The notes beneath the pieces are model-generated. The model worked only from the letters and a program-made list of their open reading frames with translations. It did no database searches and was not told the DNA's origin. From positions 1 to 64,000 of the IMG/VR virus record IMGVR_UViG_3300037067_018091: a stretch of DNA of 64,000 bases, one strand, 5' to 3'. Shown here in pieces: positions 37,898 to 48,593 of the stretch (its first letter is position 1; each line of letters starts with the position of its first letter). This stretch comes from a virus. Its lineage: Duplodnaviria; Caudoviricetes. A program made the translations under genes and the position numbers.

Positions 37898-39924
37898 TGG
37901 CAAAACAAAATACAGTCCAAAAAGTTGAAAATTATTTTCCTGATGCAATGGTTGTATTTATTACATTAGATTTTGAAGGAAAACCTATTCGAGATCTTTC
38001 AACTGCGCATACAATTGTACCCGATATAGATGATATTACTGATATTCAATTAACATTAGGATCAACGGGAAAATCTGGACAGTTTGTAATTAAAATAAAT
38101 AATACTAGAAATAAGTATTTTTATGCCGACGATATTGTAACTGAAATAACAAATTTAAAAGATGGTAAGGCGATAACATACATTGCTCAACAAGAAAATC
38201 AGTTTTCAACTTTAAAAACAATTGTTCCAAGTACTACGTGGGAATCTCCTAAAGAATATTTAAATGATAAAGCTTGGGATCGTTTATACACTCCACCGAA
38301 TGCAGACGATTCTAAAATATATTTGTTATTTCAAGATATTTCTTTAAAATATACTGATGCAGAATTAGCTACAATTGTAGATACAGAATTACGTAGTGAT
38401 CTTTCAAAAGGACAAATTCGATATAGAAGTATAAATAAAACTTCTGTATCTTCATATAATGTACAAAAAGATACTACATCAACTAGTTCATCTCGCTCAG
38501 ATGGAGAAGAAATTGTTTCGTTACCGATTGCTGAAGCCGCAGGTATTTTAACGCGCGCACGTAAACAATCTGCAATGTTTGAAGAATTTGGGGGACAAAT
38601 TGAGCATGGTAGATGCATGTTTCAACCAATGCAACTTTGTGTTGTGTTAATGCGGAAACGTTTTCAAGAAAAAAATAGCCGCGACGACATGATCGTAGCA
38701 TTTACTGGATATGTCGATTCGGTTTCAGATATTTTTTCAGGGGTTGCTCATGAAATTCAAATAATGGGTACGGATGTAACAAAAGTTATGCGTATTACGC
38801 AAGCTAATATAAATCCATCAATTTTTACTAAGGGGCTTCCTGAAGGCGGAATATTTATAATTTGGCAAAAACGATTTGCGGGCCTACTTGGTTGGGAAAT
38901 AATTAAACTTTTGACCGTCGGCGGAGACGATCCAGTAGGATTTCGAATTCGCGGGGCAGGATATTTTGATTATATTGAAGCTACGAGTCCTTCTTCGAGC
39001 GCTTATCAAAAAGTTGCGTCTAAAGTTGATTTAACTGTTGGGTTTAAACGCACTAGAAGCGAGGAACTTGAGGAAGAACGCGATAAATTAGATGATTTAC
39101 TATTCTCTCCGCGGAAAGTTCATTTACAGATTCTTCCGTTTGATTCTACTCCAAAAAGTACCCACGACTTCGCCGCATATAAACGTATTTATGGTGATTC
39201 TTTTTCAAATTGGCAAAATGAGTATATTGATAATTTAACAATTGCGAATGAAGTTGCACTGTTAACTAATTATGAATTTTATGCCGATCAAAATGGAGAT
39301 ATTTGGTATCATCAACCGAGATTTAATAATTATCATATACTAACTGAGAGTAACCCAGAAGTTTATGTTTTACGGGATACTGATATAATTAACGCAAATT
39401 TTTCTGAAAGTGATTTGGAGGTAATTAGTTCAATTTATGTTACCGGACAGCAAAATATTATAGATGGACAACCGGAAATTTATAAAATGGCCGCTTTTTT
39501 TGAAGATCCGAGTTTAGTTCGTAGATACGGTAGACGAATTCAACCAGTTAGTCATCCATATATTACTGATTCAGAAAGTTGTTTTTATTTTGGTAAATCC
39601 TGGATGTTACGGGTAAATGCCGGACGTTTTGTAGGACAAGTTACGATTTTGGGGCGCCCCGAATTACGAGTACATATGCCGATATACATTCCATATAGAA
39701 ATATGGTATATTATATTGAGGGAATTAGTCACAGTTTTCGTTTTGGTACTGCGTTTACTACAACTCTTACTTTAAAATATGGGCGTAAACCTTGGCAAAT
39801 TTTACCTGAAGTTTTAGATTATAACGTAGAAACGCAACCAAATCTTAATCCATACACAGATGATAGAACTGCGTCGTTACAATTACCTGCATCAACTGAT
39901 AATGAAACAAAGGTGAGTCCATAA
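37897..39924 (+). CDS. baseplate hub protein (gp27/gpD-like)
   Basis: FTGYVDSV, EFYADQNGDI, RRYGRR, ILGRPELR, YYIEGISHSF. Confidence 0.78.
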   Translation: MAKQNTVQKVENYFPDAMVVFITLDFEGKPIRDLSTAHTIVPDIDDITDIQLTLGSTGKSGQFVIKINNTRNKYFYADDIVTEITNLKDGKAITYIAQQENQFSTLKTIVPSTTWESPKEYLNDKAWDRLYTPPNADDSKIYLLFQDISLKYTDAELATIVDTELRSDLSKGQIRYRSINKTSVSSYNVQKDTTSTSSSRSDGEEIVSLPIAEAAGILTRARKQSAMFEEFGGQIEHGRCMFQPMQLCVVLMRKRFQEKNSRDDMIVAFTGYVDSVSDIFSGVAHEIQIMGTDVTKVMRITQANINPSIFTKGLPEGGIFIIWQKRFAGLLGWEIIKLLTVGGDDPVGFRIRGAGYFDYIEATSPSSSAYQKVASKVDLTVGFKRTRSEELEEERDKLDDLLFSPRKVHLQILPFDSTPKSTHDFAAYKRIYGDSFSNWQNEYIDNLTIANEVALLTNYEFYADQNGDIWYHQPRFNNYHILTESNPEVYVLRDTDIINANFSESDLEVISSIYVTGQQNIIDGQPEIYKMAAFFEDPSLVRRYGRRIQPVSHPYITDSESCFYFGKSWMLRVNAGRFVGQVTILGRPELRVHMPIYIPYRNMVYYIEGISHSFRFGTAFTTTLTLKYGRKPWQILPEVLDYNVETQPNLNPYTDDRTASLQLPASTDNETKVSP

Positions 39925-41114
39925 TGTCTGAAGCACAATTTTTTCCTGTTGTTTATACACCTGCAGCATTTAAATCTTCTTTTACTGGGTGGGAAGGACA
40001 AAATCCTTATCTCCGTCCAGCGGTTATTTTAGCAATTAATTCTACAGCGGGTACAATAAATGTTGAATGGTTAGATCACCCAGGATCAAGATCGGATTTG
40101 CCTATTTCTTTTGCCGGACAAGGTATTTTTGAAATGCCTACACCGGGTGCAGTCGTATTAATGGGATTTGATAAGGCATATCAAGCGCATATTTTAAGAT
40201 TTATTCAACCTGGGTACGCAGCATTAATTAATAATAATACGATCTGGGGGATACAACCCGGTGAAAAAATGTTGGTATCTTATTTGAATGATTCAATTGT
40301 TAATAAAGAACGTCAATTTGCGTTGCCAATTCCAACGGGTACATATTTGCATTTAAATAATGTCGGTGATATATTAATGACAACTGCGGATGGAGATTAT
40401 TGGCAATTAAATCGACGTGAACAATTAATTGAACAGTATTCTTTAAACCATTCAGTACGTACTGAGGCGGGTATTTTAGATTTTGGATTAATTAAACGTT
40501 CAACTGCAGATGGAATTAAAATCATATCTGCCGCGGGAAAGCCTTTAGATGATTCGTCGGCGTCGCAAAATAGTTTAACCGAATTTAGATTACGTGTACT
40601 TGAAACTGCTGATGCAAGTATAGAAACTACTCCGGAAATAGATAATCCGTTTATTGAATTAACATTGGGAACAAAATTAAAAGAAACGATTAATAATGAT
40701 GATTCTCGACAATATGAATTAGCAAAAACAGATAATTCATATGCTGGCGGCGCTGATAAAGAGATTATGATTCAATTGAAAACAAAAGCTGATCAGGGAT
40801 TTGAATTTACTGTCGATAAAGATGGAAATTTAACAATGAAAGTTAAGGGAAATATTAAATTTGATATTACTAATGGTAATATGTTAATTAATGTAGGTGA
40901 TAATGGTAAAGTTCAACTTGGTGGTGAAAATGGAGAAAAAACTTTATTAGGAGAATCTTTTCAAAAGAAGTTTAATGCACTCGTTGATTATATAAATAGT
41001 TTATATTTTACAAATACTGCGGGCGCGCCAACCCCATGTTTTCAAGGGGCACCAGCGGGTACTGCTCAAAAATCTACTTCAACAGATTTATCAAATAAAG
41101 TTAATAACGAATAA
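39924..41114 (+). CDS. baseplate spike/assembly protein (gp5/gpV-like)
   Basis: N-terminal OB-like, MPTPGAVVLMGF, C-terminal VQLGG..LLGESF. Confidence 0.7.
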   Translation: MSEAQFFPVVYTPAAFKSSFTGWEGQNPYLRPAVILAINSTAGTINVEWLDHPGSRSDLPISFAGQGIFEMPTPGAVVLMGFDKAYQAHILRFIQPGYAALINNNTIWGIQPGEKMLVSYLNDSIVNKERQFALPIPTGTYLHLNNVGDILMTTADGDYWQLNRREQLIEQYSLNHSVRTEAGILDFGLIKRSTADGIKIISAAGKPLDDSSASQNSLTEFRLRVLETADASIETTPEIDNPFIELTLGTKLKETINNDDSRQYELAKTDNSYAGGADKEIMIQLKTKADQGFEFTVDKDGNLTMKVKGNIKFDITNGNMLINVGDNGKVQLGGENGEKTLLGESFQKKFNALVDYINSLYFTNTAGAPTPCFQGAPAGTAQKSTSTDLSNKVNNE

Positions 41115-43666
41115 TGTCAATTACATATACTAATTATACTCCTGAAGAAGTTAAATTACTTTTAGGTCCCGCGTTAGCAGTTGCTATTGCAAGTGTTACA
41201 ACAGATATTAAATTAGATCCGCGTAAAACTCGTGATTACGGCACATTATTGTGGACAGCTGCTGCTGGACCACTCGTTGATTATTTATATTCAAAAGCAT
41301 CTGGATCCGCACCAGATTTAAATGCAGTTCTTTCTGCAGGAAATTCTTCAACAAATAATATTACTGTAGGAAATGTTAAAGCGACCCAAAATCTTCAAAC
41401 AAATAATAATCTTTATTTAAATATGGGCGGATCTTTAAGTGATGCCCAAGTATATTGGTTTGATGGAAATTTATCAGGTGCGTGGTTAGGATATAATTTA
41501 ACGAATCATGTATTTATATTTTCAAATGTTGTACGAGTACCGTATCCATCAGGATCATTAGATGCGGTAAATAAAGGATATGTTAATAGTGTCTCAGGAA
41601 GTATAGGAGCTGATTTAAATCATCAAGTATTATCCTTATACAATTATGTAGATAATGCATCTGGAAGTTGTGCACAGAACTTACAAAGCGTTACTAATGT
41701 TGGAAACGTTACTAATAACGAAGTTATTGCTGGAACATTATCTTCTAACGGTAATATTTATGTAAATAAAAATGGCGCTGATGGAGATAGTTATCTTTAT
41801 TTTTATGATGGTAGTTCAGCTACTGGACAATATATAAAATGGCAAGATTCAAATAACCGTTTTTACATGACTGGATTATTTCAGGTCGCTACTGGGGTAG
41901 TATCAGGATACCTAGCTTCTAATGGACATATTTATATTAATTACGATGGACCGGATGGCGACCAGTATCTTTATTTCTACCAAGGCAGTTCTGGAACGGG
42001 CGCATATCTTGAGTTTGTGGATGCAACTCCGGGATTTAAGTTATCTCATACTCTTGATATGAGTGCGGCTAAGATTACAGGTGTAGCAAATCCAACAGCT
42101 GCTCAAGACGCGGCCACAAAAAATTATGTAGATAATATTTCAGGATCAATTGGGACTGATTTAAATCATCAAGTATTAACTCTCCATAATTATGTAGATA
42201 ATATTTCAGGATCAATTGGTAATGATTTAAATCATCAAGTATTATCCTTATACAATTATGTAGATAATGCATCTGGTAGTTGTGCTCAAAACCTTCAAAA
42301 TGTTACTAATCATGGTAATACTACATCCCATGAAATTATTGCGGGCACACTTTCTTCTAACGGTAATATTTATGTAAATAAAAATGGTGCAGACGGCGAT
42401 TCATTTATTTATTTTTATGATGGGGGTTCTCCTACTGGACAATCTTTAAAATGGCAAGATAGTAATTCTCGTTTTTATATGACAGGGGCTTTACAAGTCA
42501 ATAGCGGTATTATTGGGTCTTATTTAGCATCAAATGGCGCTGCATATGTTAACTACGACGGTCCAGATGGAAATTCGTTTCTGTATTTTTACGAAGGAAG
42601 TTCTGCAACCGGGGCATATTTAGAATTTGTAAATACGCCTACCATGTTTCAGCTTTCCCACAGTTTATCAACTCCTGGAAGTATTCTTGCAGACGGAGAT
42701 TTTGCAAATGCGGGTAATATTCGAACAAGCGGAAGTATATCTGCAACCGGTGCTGTTTTACAACTTTGGACAAATGTTTTAGTAGTAGACGGTGGCGGAA
42801 AAGGAGATTATTCGTCGATTCAGGCTGCAGTAGCGGCATCTTCATCAGGGGATGTTATTTTTGTAATGCCGGGAACTTATACTGAGACAAGTAGTATAGT
42901 AATGCCTGATGGCGTTTCTTTAATAGGAATTGATAGAGATCGTTGTATAATAACAACTACATCTGAAATTACTTTACTTTTAGGAACTAATCAAACAACT
43001 CCTATTGGTAATAATATTCAAAATATCACTTTAGATCATAATAGTGCGGTAGGATATACAGTTAGTTGCGGTGGATCTGCCATAACAAATAAACATATGA
43101 AGATGCGATTTTTTAATTGTAAGATTACATCTACTTCGGGAAATGGCAATGTATCTGTGGGTGGAGGAGAAATCCTATTAAATAAGTGCGTACTTTCTTC
43201 AGCCGCGGGGATAGCTTTGACTTTTACATCGGGAGTTTCAAATTATATTGCGTTGGGTACAATTTATGATTGTGAGATTTCTGCGTCTGCAGAATCAGCG
43301 TTATCAATACAAACGTATTGCTCTGTCGGGATAATGCGAACGTATATTTTTTGTAGTCATGCTTCTTATTGGCCAGTAAATTGGTTGGGATCTACTTCGG
43401 GTGCAGTAGATTTTGATAGTTGTAGGATTCAAGGTGTGAATAGTAATGCTGCTGCGCAAACAACTACAAGTTGTACTGAGGCTGCTTTAAGATTTACAAA
43501 TTGTCATCTTATTTCAGCGGGCACAAATTTAATCGATGTAGCGGCAGGCACACCAACAATAGGTATGTATAATTGTACGATAAATAATGATACAAAACCA
43601 GTAGCATTAACAGTAACGTCGGGGTCAGCCGCCACAAATTATGGTGGTACTAATATTAAACGTTAG
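41114..43666 (+). CDS. tail fibre/spike with internal duplication and C-terminal beta-helix
   Basis: repeated DNxSGSIGxDLNHQVL; GGKGDYSSIQAAV..GDVIFVMPGTY pectin-lyase-like start. Confidence 0.78.
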   Translation: MSITYTNYTPEEVKLLLGPALAVAIASVTTDIKLDPRKTRDYGTLLWTAAAGPLVDYLYSKASGSAPDLNAVLSAGNSSTNNITVGNVKATQNLQTNNNLYLNMGGSLSDAQVYWFDGNLSGAWLGYNLTNHVFIFSNVVRVPYPSGSLDAVNKGYVNSVSGSIGADLNHQVLSLYNYVDNASGSCAQNLQSVTNVGNVTNNEVIAGTLSSNGNIYVNKNGADGDSYLYFYDGSSATGQYIKWQDSNNRFYMTGLFQVATGVVSGYLASNGHIYINYDGPDGDQYLYFYQGSSGTGAYLEFVDATPGFKLSHTLDMSAAKITGVANPTAAQDAATKNYVDNISGSIGTDLNHQVLTLHNYVDNISGSIGNDLNHQVLSLYNYVDNASGSCAQNLQNVTNHGNTTSHEIIAGTLSSNGNIYVNKNGADGDSFIYFYDGGSPTGQSLKWQDSNSRFYMTGALQVNSGIIGSYLASNGAAYVNYDGPDGNSFLYFYEGSSATGAYLEFVNTPTMFQLSHSLSTPGSILADGDFANAGNIRTSGSISATGAVLQLWTNVLVVDGGGKGDYSSIQAAVAASSSGDVIFVMPGTYTETSSIVMPDGVSLIGIDRDRCIITTTSEITLLLGTNQTTPIGNNIQNITLDHNSAVGYTVSCGGSAITNKHMKMRFFNCKITSTSGNGNVSVGGGEILLNKCVLSSAAGIALTFTSGVSNYIALGTIYDCEISASAESALSIQTYCSVGIMRTYIFCSHASYWPVNWLGSTSGAVDFDSCRIQGVNSNAAAQTTTSCTEAALRFTNCHLISAGTNLIDVAAGTPTIGMYNCTINNDTKPVALTVTSGSAATNYGGTNIKR
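41584..42660 (+). repeat. intragenic duplication and 66-bp repeats in fibre gene
   Basis: gatttaaatcatcaagtatta occurs 3 times; block GTLSSNGNIYVNKNGADGDS...YLEFV occurs twice. Confidence 0.85.
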
Positions 43667-43675
43667 GAGATAGAT

Positions 43676-43849
43676 ATGGCAGATGAGATTAAACAAGAGC
43701 AGAAATTATTTCGAGGAGTAGTTATTCATATTCCGGAAGAAGGCAGATTTGGAATACAAATTTCGGGTGAAATTAAACTTCTCGAAATTTATGGAGCATT
43801 GACGATTCTTATGAAACAGGTAGAAAAAGATTTAGGTATCAATAAATAA
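43676..43849 (+). CDS. small hypothetical protein
   Basis: 57-aa ORF translated by hand, AGGAG RBS. Confidence 0.65.
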   Translation: MADEIKQEQKLFRGVVIHIPEEGRFGIQISGEIKLLEIYGALTILMKQVEKDLGINK

Positions 43850-44373
43850 TGGCGATTTCAATTACAAATATTAAACAAATTGCGAGTACCGTCGGGATAT
43901 CGACGATATTTATTAAAGCTCTTGTGGGACTTTCTCAACCTGCTCGAAATGCTTTAAGATTACAATTAAATTCAATCAAACAAAGTTTAAAAGGTGAACT
44001 TTCTACACTTGCATTTAAAGCGCGAATTGCTAAAAGAAAACAAACTGAAATTAATAAAATTTATAGTTCTGCAGGTGCAAAGTTAAGCCAGGCTAAACGA
44101 ATTTTAAATTTATTAAATTTTGGGCCAGATTTTAATGATGAACCTGAGGTACAGAAATTAATTGATACACTATTGGCAAGCGTTAAGATTAAAGGAATTT
44201 CTCTTGGTGGCTATAGAGATGCAGATAATATAATTAATGCCCTTAATTTTAAGGCGCAGCAAGCCGCAAAAGCAGTAGATTTTGCAGAAATCGGTGTTCG
44301 CACAATTAATGCAAAAATTGATACAATTGATAAATATTTAAACGTTTTAACCGAAATTGATCGACTTAGTTAA
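43849..44373 (+). CDS. hypothetical helical protein
   Basis: 174 aa, TAATG coupling. Confidence 0.75.
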   Translation: MAISITNIKQIASTVGISTIFIKALVGLSQPARNALRLQLNSIKQSLKGELSTLAFKARIAKRKQTEINKIYSSAGAKLSQAKRILNLLNFGPDFNDEPEVQKLIDTLLASVKIKGISLGGYRDADNIINALNFKAQQAAKAVDFAEIGVRTINAKIDTIDKYLNVLTEIDRLS

Positions 44374-44412
44374 AATTATTATGTATACTACGTTAAGCGG
44401 TAACTAATATTT

Positions 44413-45372
44413 ATGGGTATTCTTGGAACTGGACAAAGTAACTGGACGCCGGGTAGTCAAACTAATTCGGATCGATACCCCACATCTCCGGCAACAATGG
44501 CCGCAGTATCGGGGATGTATTTAGATAAATTATGGGCGAGTTTTAAATATGACGGCACCCCTGCAGAAAAATCGTTTCAATTAGGACTTTATGCAAGTGC
44601 GGGTACGTCCCCGAATCATTATCCTAGTACATTAATTGCTGCCTCTGAAATCCGATTAATTACTTTAACAACGAACTTTTTATGGTATGAATTTGATGTA
44701 CCTTCAAAACCAATTCTTTCATCAGGCACGATTTATTGGTTAGCTGCGGCGTCTACGGGCGCAGGAGCTGCTGTAGTAGTACAAAATGGAGCTCCTTCAA
44801 CAGGTGATCGTAAAAAACGTATTACAAATGTTGCTCAAACGTTACCACTAGTTAGTCCTTATCCTGCATATGACGTGTTCTCGACACGTACTATGATGAT
44901 CTATGGAGTATATGAACCCAGTATTGTACAGGAACAAGTTGATATCAATTCTAATGGATCTATTTTTGTAATTGATTCTGTAAATATTCCAATAGATGCG
45001 TGGATTTTTGCGACAGATCAAGTAGATATTAATTCAAATGGTTATATAATTTTTAGAGATCAAGTAGATATTGATTCTAATTCAAGTATACAAGTAACTG
45101 ATCAAATAGATATTAATTCTAATTCAAATATATTAAAAAATGAACAAGGTACACGTTTTTCAAATAGTTTAATTATTCCGCTTTATCCTCCGACATTATA
45201 TGCACAAATTATTTCAGATGCCTATATAATTGAAAAAACTGTCACTGAGAGAATTAGTTCAGATGCATATATAATAAATAATATTTCTCCTGCGGTGCGC
45301 GTACAACCGCGTTTACGAGAAACTGCCCCAACTTCATTTTGGGATAAACGCACAGGAATAGAAATTTTTTAA
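44413..45372 (+). CDS. fibre-like protein with C-terminal I.S[ND]x.I repeats
   Basis: beta-sandwich N-terminus, about 8 repeats such as DQVDINSNGYI. Confidence 0.65.
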   Translation: MGILGTGQSNWTPGSQTNSDRYPTSPATMAAVSGMYLDKLWASFKYDGTPAEKSFQLGLYASAGTSPNHYPSTLIAASEIRLITLTTNFLWYEFDVPSKPILSSGTIYWLAAASTGAGAAVVVQNGAPSTGDRKKRITNVAQTLPLVSPYPAYDVFSTRTMMIYGVYEPSIVQEQVDINSNGSIFVIDSVNIPIDAWIFATDQVDINSNGYIIFRDQVDIDSNSSIQVTDQIDINSNSNILKNEQGTRFSNSLIIPLYPPTLYAQIISDAYIIEKTVTERISSDAYIINNISPAVRVQPRLRETAPTSFWDKRTGIEIF

Positions 45373-45374
45373 TT

Positions 45375-46844
45375 ATGTCTACTGGTAGTATTATACAAAA
45401 AGATACAATCGCGTTATTAACCGATTATAATTATACAAATTTACGGGTTTTTTACGCACGTGATAATATATATGGATTACTGTGTACAAATAATACTCTT
45501 GCAAACGATTATTATTTAAAAACGTTTTCAATAGATGTTGATGGAAATATTGGAAGTGTTTTAGATTCTGTTCGTTTAAGTGATGCGGGGACATCAAGTT
45601 TAACTGATGCAATTGCAATATCGACTGCAGATGGGATTATTCTTTTTAATTTAATTACTACTGCAAGCGGGAGTATTCAAACTCGACAAATCGCCGCGGA
45701 TGGGACAATTGGAACCGTAATTGATGCATTTTCATATACAGACGGCGCTCAAAATAGTCTTGCTTATGGCGCTGTTGCTCAAATTACATCTGATTTATTC
45801 ATGGCATCATACTATAATAATAAAAATACTTCAGGAAAAACTGCAACATTCACATGTGATAGTATTGGCAATTTAAGTAATGGATTTATTCAAACATATA
45901 CATATGAACCAGTATTGGCAAAATGGCCGCAAATTATTTTACAGGGTAGTGATGCAGGAAAAAATGTAGTTTTACTTACACGAGTTGAAGGAAATTCTAT
46001 CTCAGTAGTTACGGCCGTTAAAGTTTCAGATACTGGAACTTTTGAGAGTACCCCTACATTATTAGATCGTATAGATTCAGATGATGGTTATAGATCGCAA
46101 ACTGCAGTTGTTTTCCCCGCGCAACGAATTTACGCAACTGTTGCGGAAGGAATATCTACTCAAGATGGCTGGATTTATTCATGGACGCTTAAAGTAAACG
46201 GTACAGTACCAGATATAAATAATCCTATAGATCAATATGAATATGCTCCAGTTAAGGGTATATATAATCAAATTATATCTATTGATCAAGGAGTTATATT
46301 AATTGCATCAGTCGATACCGATAATGATGGTTGGGTACGATCATGGCAAATAGACTCGGCAGGCGCGATTACAAAAACACCATTAGATACTTTTGAATTT
46401 GCAAATAATCAATTTGTATTTGAACAATCAATGATTTTAACAGAACATCCTAAAACAGTATTGCTTGCGTCGCGATATAGTGGCGGATCTGTTTATCTTT
46501 TTACATTTGAAGTAGAGACACCTACAATTGTAACTGATACAATTGTAATTGGAATTGATGCACACATTAAAGCACAAGAAAATGTATTTTTAGTATCTGA
46601 TGCATTAATTAAAAATATAGAAGCAGTTTCAATTTTTTCTGATAGTTTAATTATACCAGTTTGGCCTCCAACAGATTATGTACAGTTAAATTCAAGTGCA
46701 GAAATTATTGATCATGATCAAATAATAATTACATCAGAAGCATATATTATTCAAAATACTCAAGATAAGCTTGAGGTACAGTCTAGAGTTCGGAGTATAA
46801 TTCCCGCATCATCAAGTGATGATGGTGGATTTCAAATATTTTAA
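45375..46844 (+). CDS. fibre-like protein, propeller-like N-terminus and I.S[ND]x.I repeats
   Basis: repeated blade-like units, 5 C-terminal repeats. Confidence 0.65.
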   Translation: MSTGSIIQKDTIALLTDYNYTNLRVFYARDNIYGLLCTNNTLANDYYLKTFSIDVDGNIGSVLDSVRLSDAGTSSLTDAIAISTADGIILFNLITTASGSIQTRQIAADGTIGTVIDAFSYTDGAQNSLAYGAVAQITSDLFMASYYNNKNTSGKTATFTCDSIGNLSNGFIQTYTYEPVLAKWPQIILQGSDAGKNVVLLTRVEGNSISVVTAVKVSDTGTFESTPTLLDRIDSDDGYRSQTAVVFPAQRIYATVAEGISTQDGWIYSWTLKVNGTVPDINNPIDQYEYAPVKGIYNQIISIDQGVILIASVDTDNDGWVRSWQIDSAGAITKTPLDTFEFANNQFVFEQSMILTEHPKTVLLASRYSGGSVYLFTFEVETPTIVTDTIVIGIDAHIKAQENVFLVSDALIKNIEAVSIFSDSLIIPVWPPTDYVQLNSSAEIIDHDQIIITSEAYIIQNTQDKLEVQSRVRSIIPASSSDDGGFQIF

Positions 46845-46845
46845 T

Positions 46846-47958
46846 ATGGCATTAAGTAAACTTATACCGGTTGCGGGTCTTAGTAAGACAAATAGTAGTG
46901 CGTGGACCCCGACAAACACCGCGCTTTCAAATAACAGTAAAGTTATTGATGGTGATTTTATCGCCGCAATTCAAACTGTTTTAAATTATCAAGCAGTTGG
47001 ATTAGATTTAGGTAGCCCCCAAATAATTGAGAGACTTATTTTATATGATCAAACTTCGAGTGCAGATGCGGGTATATGGACAGGCGGTAATCATGATAAT
47101 TTAAGTGTATATATATCAAATGATAATTCGACATGGACATTTGTCGAATCGTTTAATCCTCCCTCACGCGCGGGTACTACTAGTGGTATTATTACTATGG
47201 ATTTAGCAATACCACAAACTGCTAGATATATTCAAGTATTTACTACAGATTATAATTTATATGCTAAAAATGGTACCCCATTAGTACATGTAGAATTAGA
47301 AGCGTATCATTATGAACTCGTAACAATTTTATCTGATGCACAAATAATTTTATCAACGCAAGATATTGTAACTATTTTATCTAATGCACAAATAGTTAAT
47401 CCGTTCGCGTTTACATATGCAAATGCGGGTATAACGGCTGATACCGTTGATACTTTAGAAGTTAATTTTAACACGATCAATCCAAAATTAAAACATGTAT
47501 GCAGCCATAAATTATCTTCGGGTACTTATCGATTATCAAATTGTCCAAGATGTCTAAGTACCGGATATTATTACGATATCAAGTTTAATGAAACGGGCCA
47601 ATTAGTTACAATTCCATTGATTGAGCAGCTTGCTCAGATATTAGAAAAACTTGCTATTACTGAGGAAAATAAATTTCACCCGGAAATTGCGGTGAATATT
47701 ACAAAATGGCTGGGAAATTTTTCAATTCCTGAAATACGGAATGCAATAAAATTTGACTTATTAAAAAGTTTAATGGTTCTACAAGAAGCTCAAAAAGGTG
47801 TTTCAAATCTTTCTGGAGAGGTTCAAATAGGTCGGGTAGATAGTGTTGAAGTTTATGAGAATCCGGATGATAATACAAGTGCAATTTATATTATTAAAGT
47901 TACTTCTGTATCTGGGGTTAACAAAGAACTTTCTGGTGCAATAATATTTAACGGTTAA
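46846..47958 (+). CDS. discoidin-like domain fused to gp25-like baseplate wedge domain
   Basis: VIDGD..VGLDLG..ARYIQV; C-x-H..CPRC zinc motif then gp25-like region. Confidence 0.65.
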   Translation: MALSKLIPVAGLSKTNSSAWTPTNTALSNNSKVIDGDFIAAIQTVLNYQAVGLDLGSPQIIERLILYDQTSSADAGIWTGGNHDNLSVYISNDNSTWTFVESFNPPSRAGTTSGIITMDLAIPQTARYIQVFTTDYNLYAKNGTPLVHVELEAYHYELVTILSDAQIILSTQDIVTILSNAQIVNPFAFTYANAGITADTVDTLEVNFNTINPKLKHVCSHKLSSGTYRLSNCPRCLSTGYYYDIKFNETGQLVTIPLIEQLAQILEKLAITEENKFHPEIAVNITKWLGNFSIPEIRNAIKFDLLKSLMVLQEAQKGVSNLSGEVQIGRVDSVEVYENPDDNTSAIYIIKVTSVSGVNKELSGAIIFNG

Positions 47959-47961
47959 AAT

Positions 47962-48570
47962 ATGACTGAAGAAACCAAAACGATTACATGCTCGGCGGTT
48001 ATTGTACATCCGGAATCATTTATATTTGCGACGCCTAGTGTTACTACGGCGACAACATTGAATAAAAACCAAGTTGCGTTTGATTTGAAGTTAAAACATA
48101 CTTGTGATCATAGACTTTTAACCGGTACGTATAAACTCGTTAATTGTCCAAGATGTCTAAGTACTGGATATTATTACGATATCAAGTTTGGGGATACCGG
48201 ACAATTTTTAACCGTATCTTTAGAAGATAAATTAATACAAGAATTAGAAAAACTTGCTCTTACTGAGGAAAATAAATTTCATCCAGAAATTATAATGGGT
48301 ATACAAAAATGGTTGGGGGCGTTAGGAAATAATGAAAATCTGGGAATAATTAAAGATGATATTGTCTCAACTCTTGTAAGTCTTCAAGAAATACAAAAAA
48401 ATGTGCATAATCTTTCGCCCCGTGCAAGAATTTCGACGGTAAATTCAATTACGGTAGATTTAACAGATCCGGGTACTCTTTTGTATACTATAACGTTAAC
48501 GACCGTTTCGGGTGAGGACAAAACTATTTCGGGCACTATAACGCTTAGTGATCTTAGAACTAAATTATAA
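47962..48570 (+). CDS. gp25-like baseplate wedge protein with zinc motif
   Basis: paralog of preceding C-terminus; directly before baseplate J. Confidence 0.7.
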   Translation: MTEETKTITCSAVIVHPESFIFATPSVTTATTLNKNQVAFDLKLKHTCDHRLLTGTYKLVNCPRCLSTGYYYDIKFGDTGQFLTVSLEDKLIQELEKLALTEENKFHPEIIMGIQKWLGALGNNENLGIIKDDIVSTLVSLQEIQKNVHNLSPRARISTVNSITVDLTDPGTLLYTITLTTVSGEDKTISGTITLSDLRTKL

Positions 48571-48593
48571 GTAGGGAAATATACGAGGATAAT

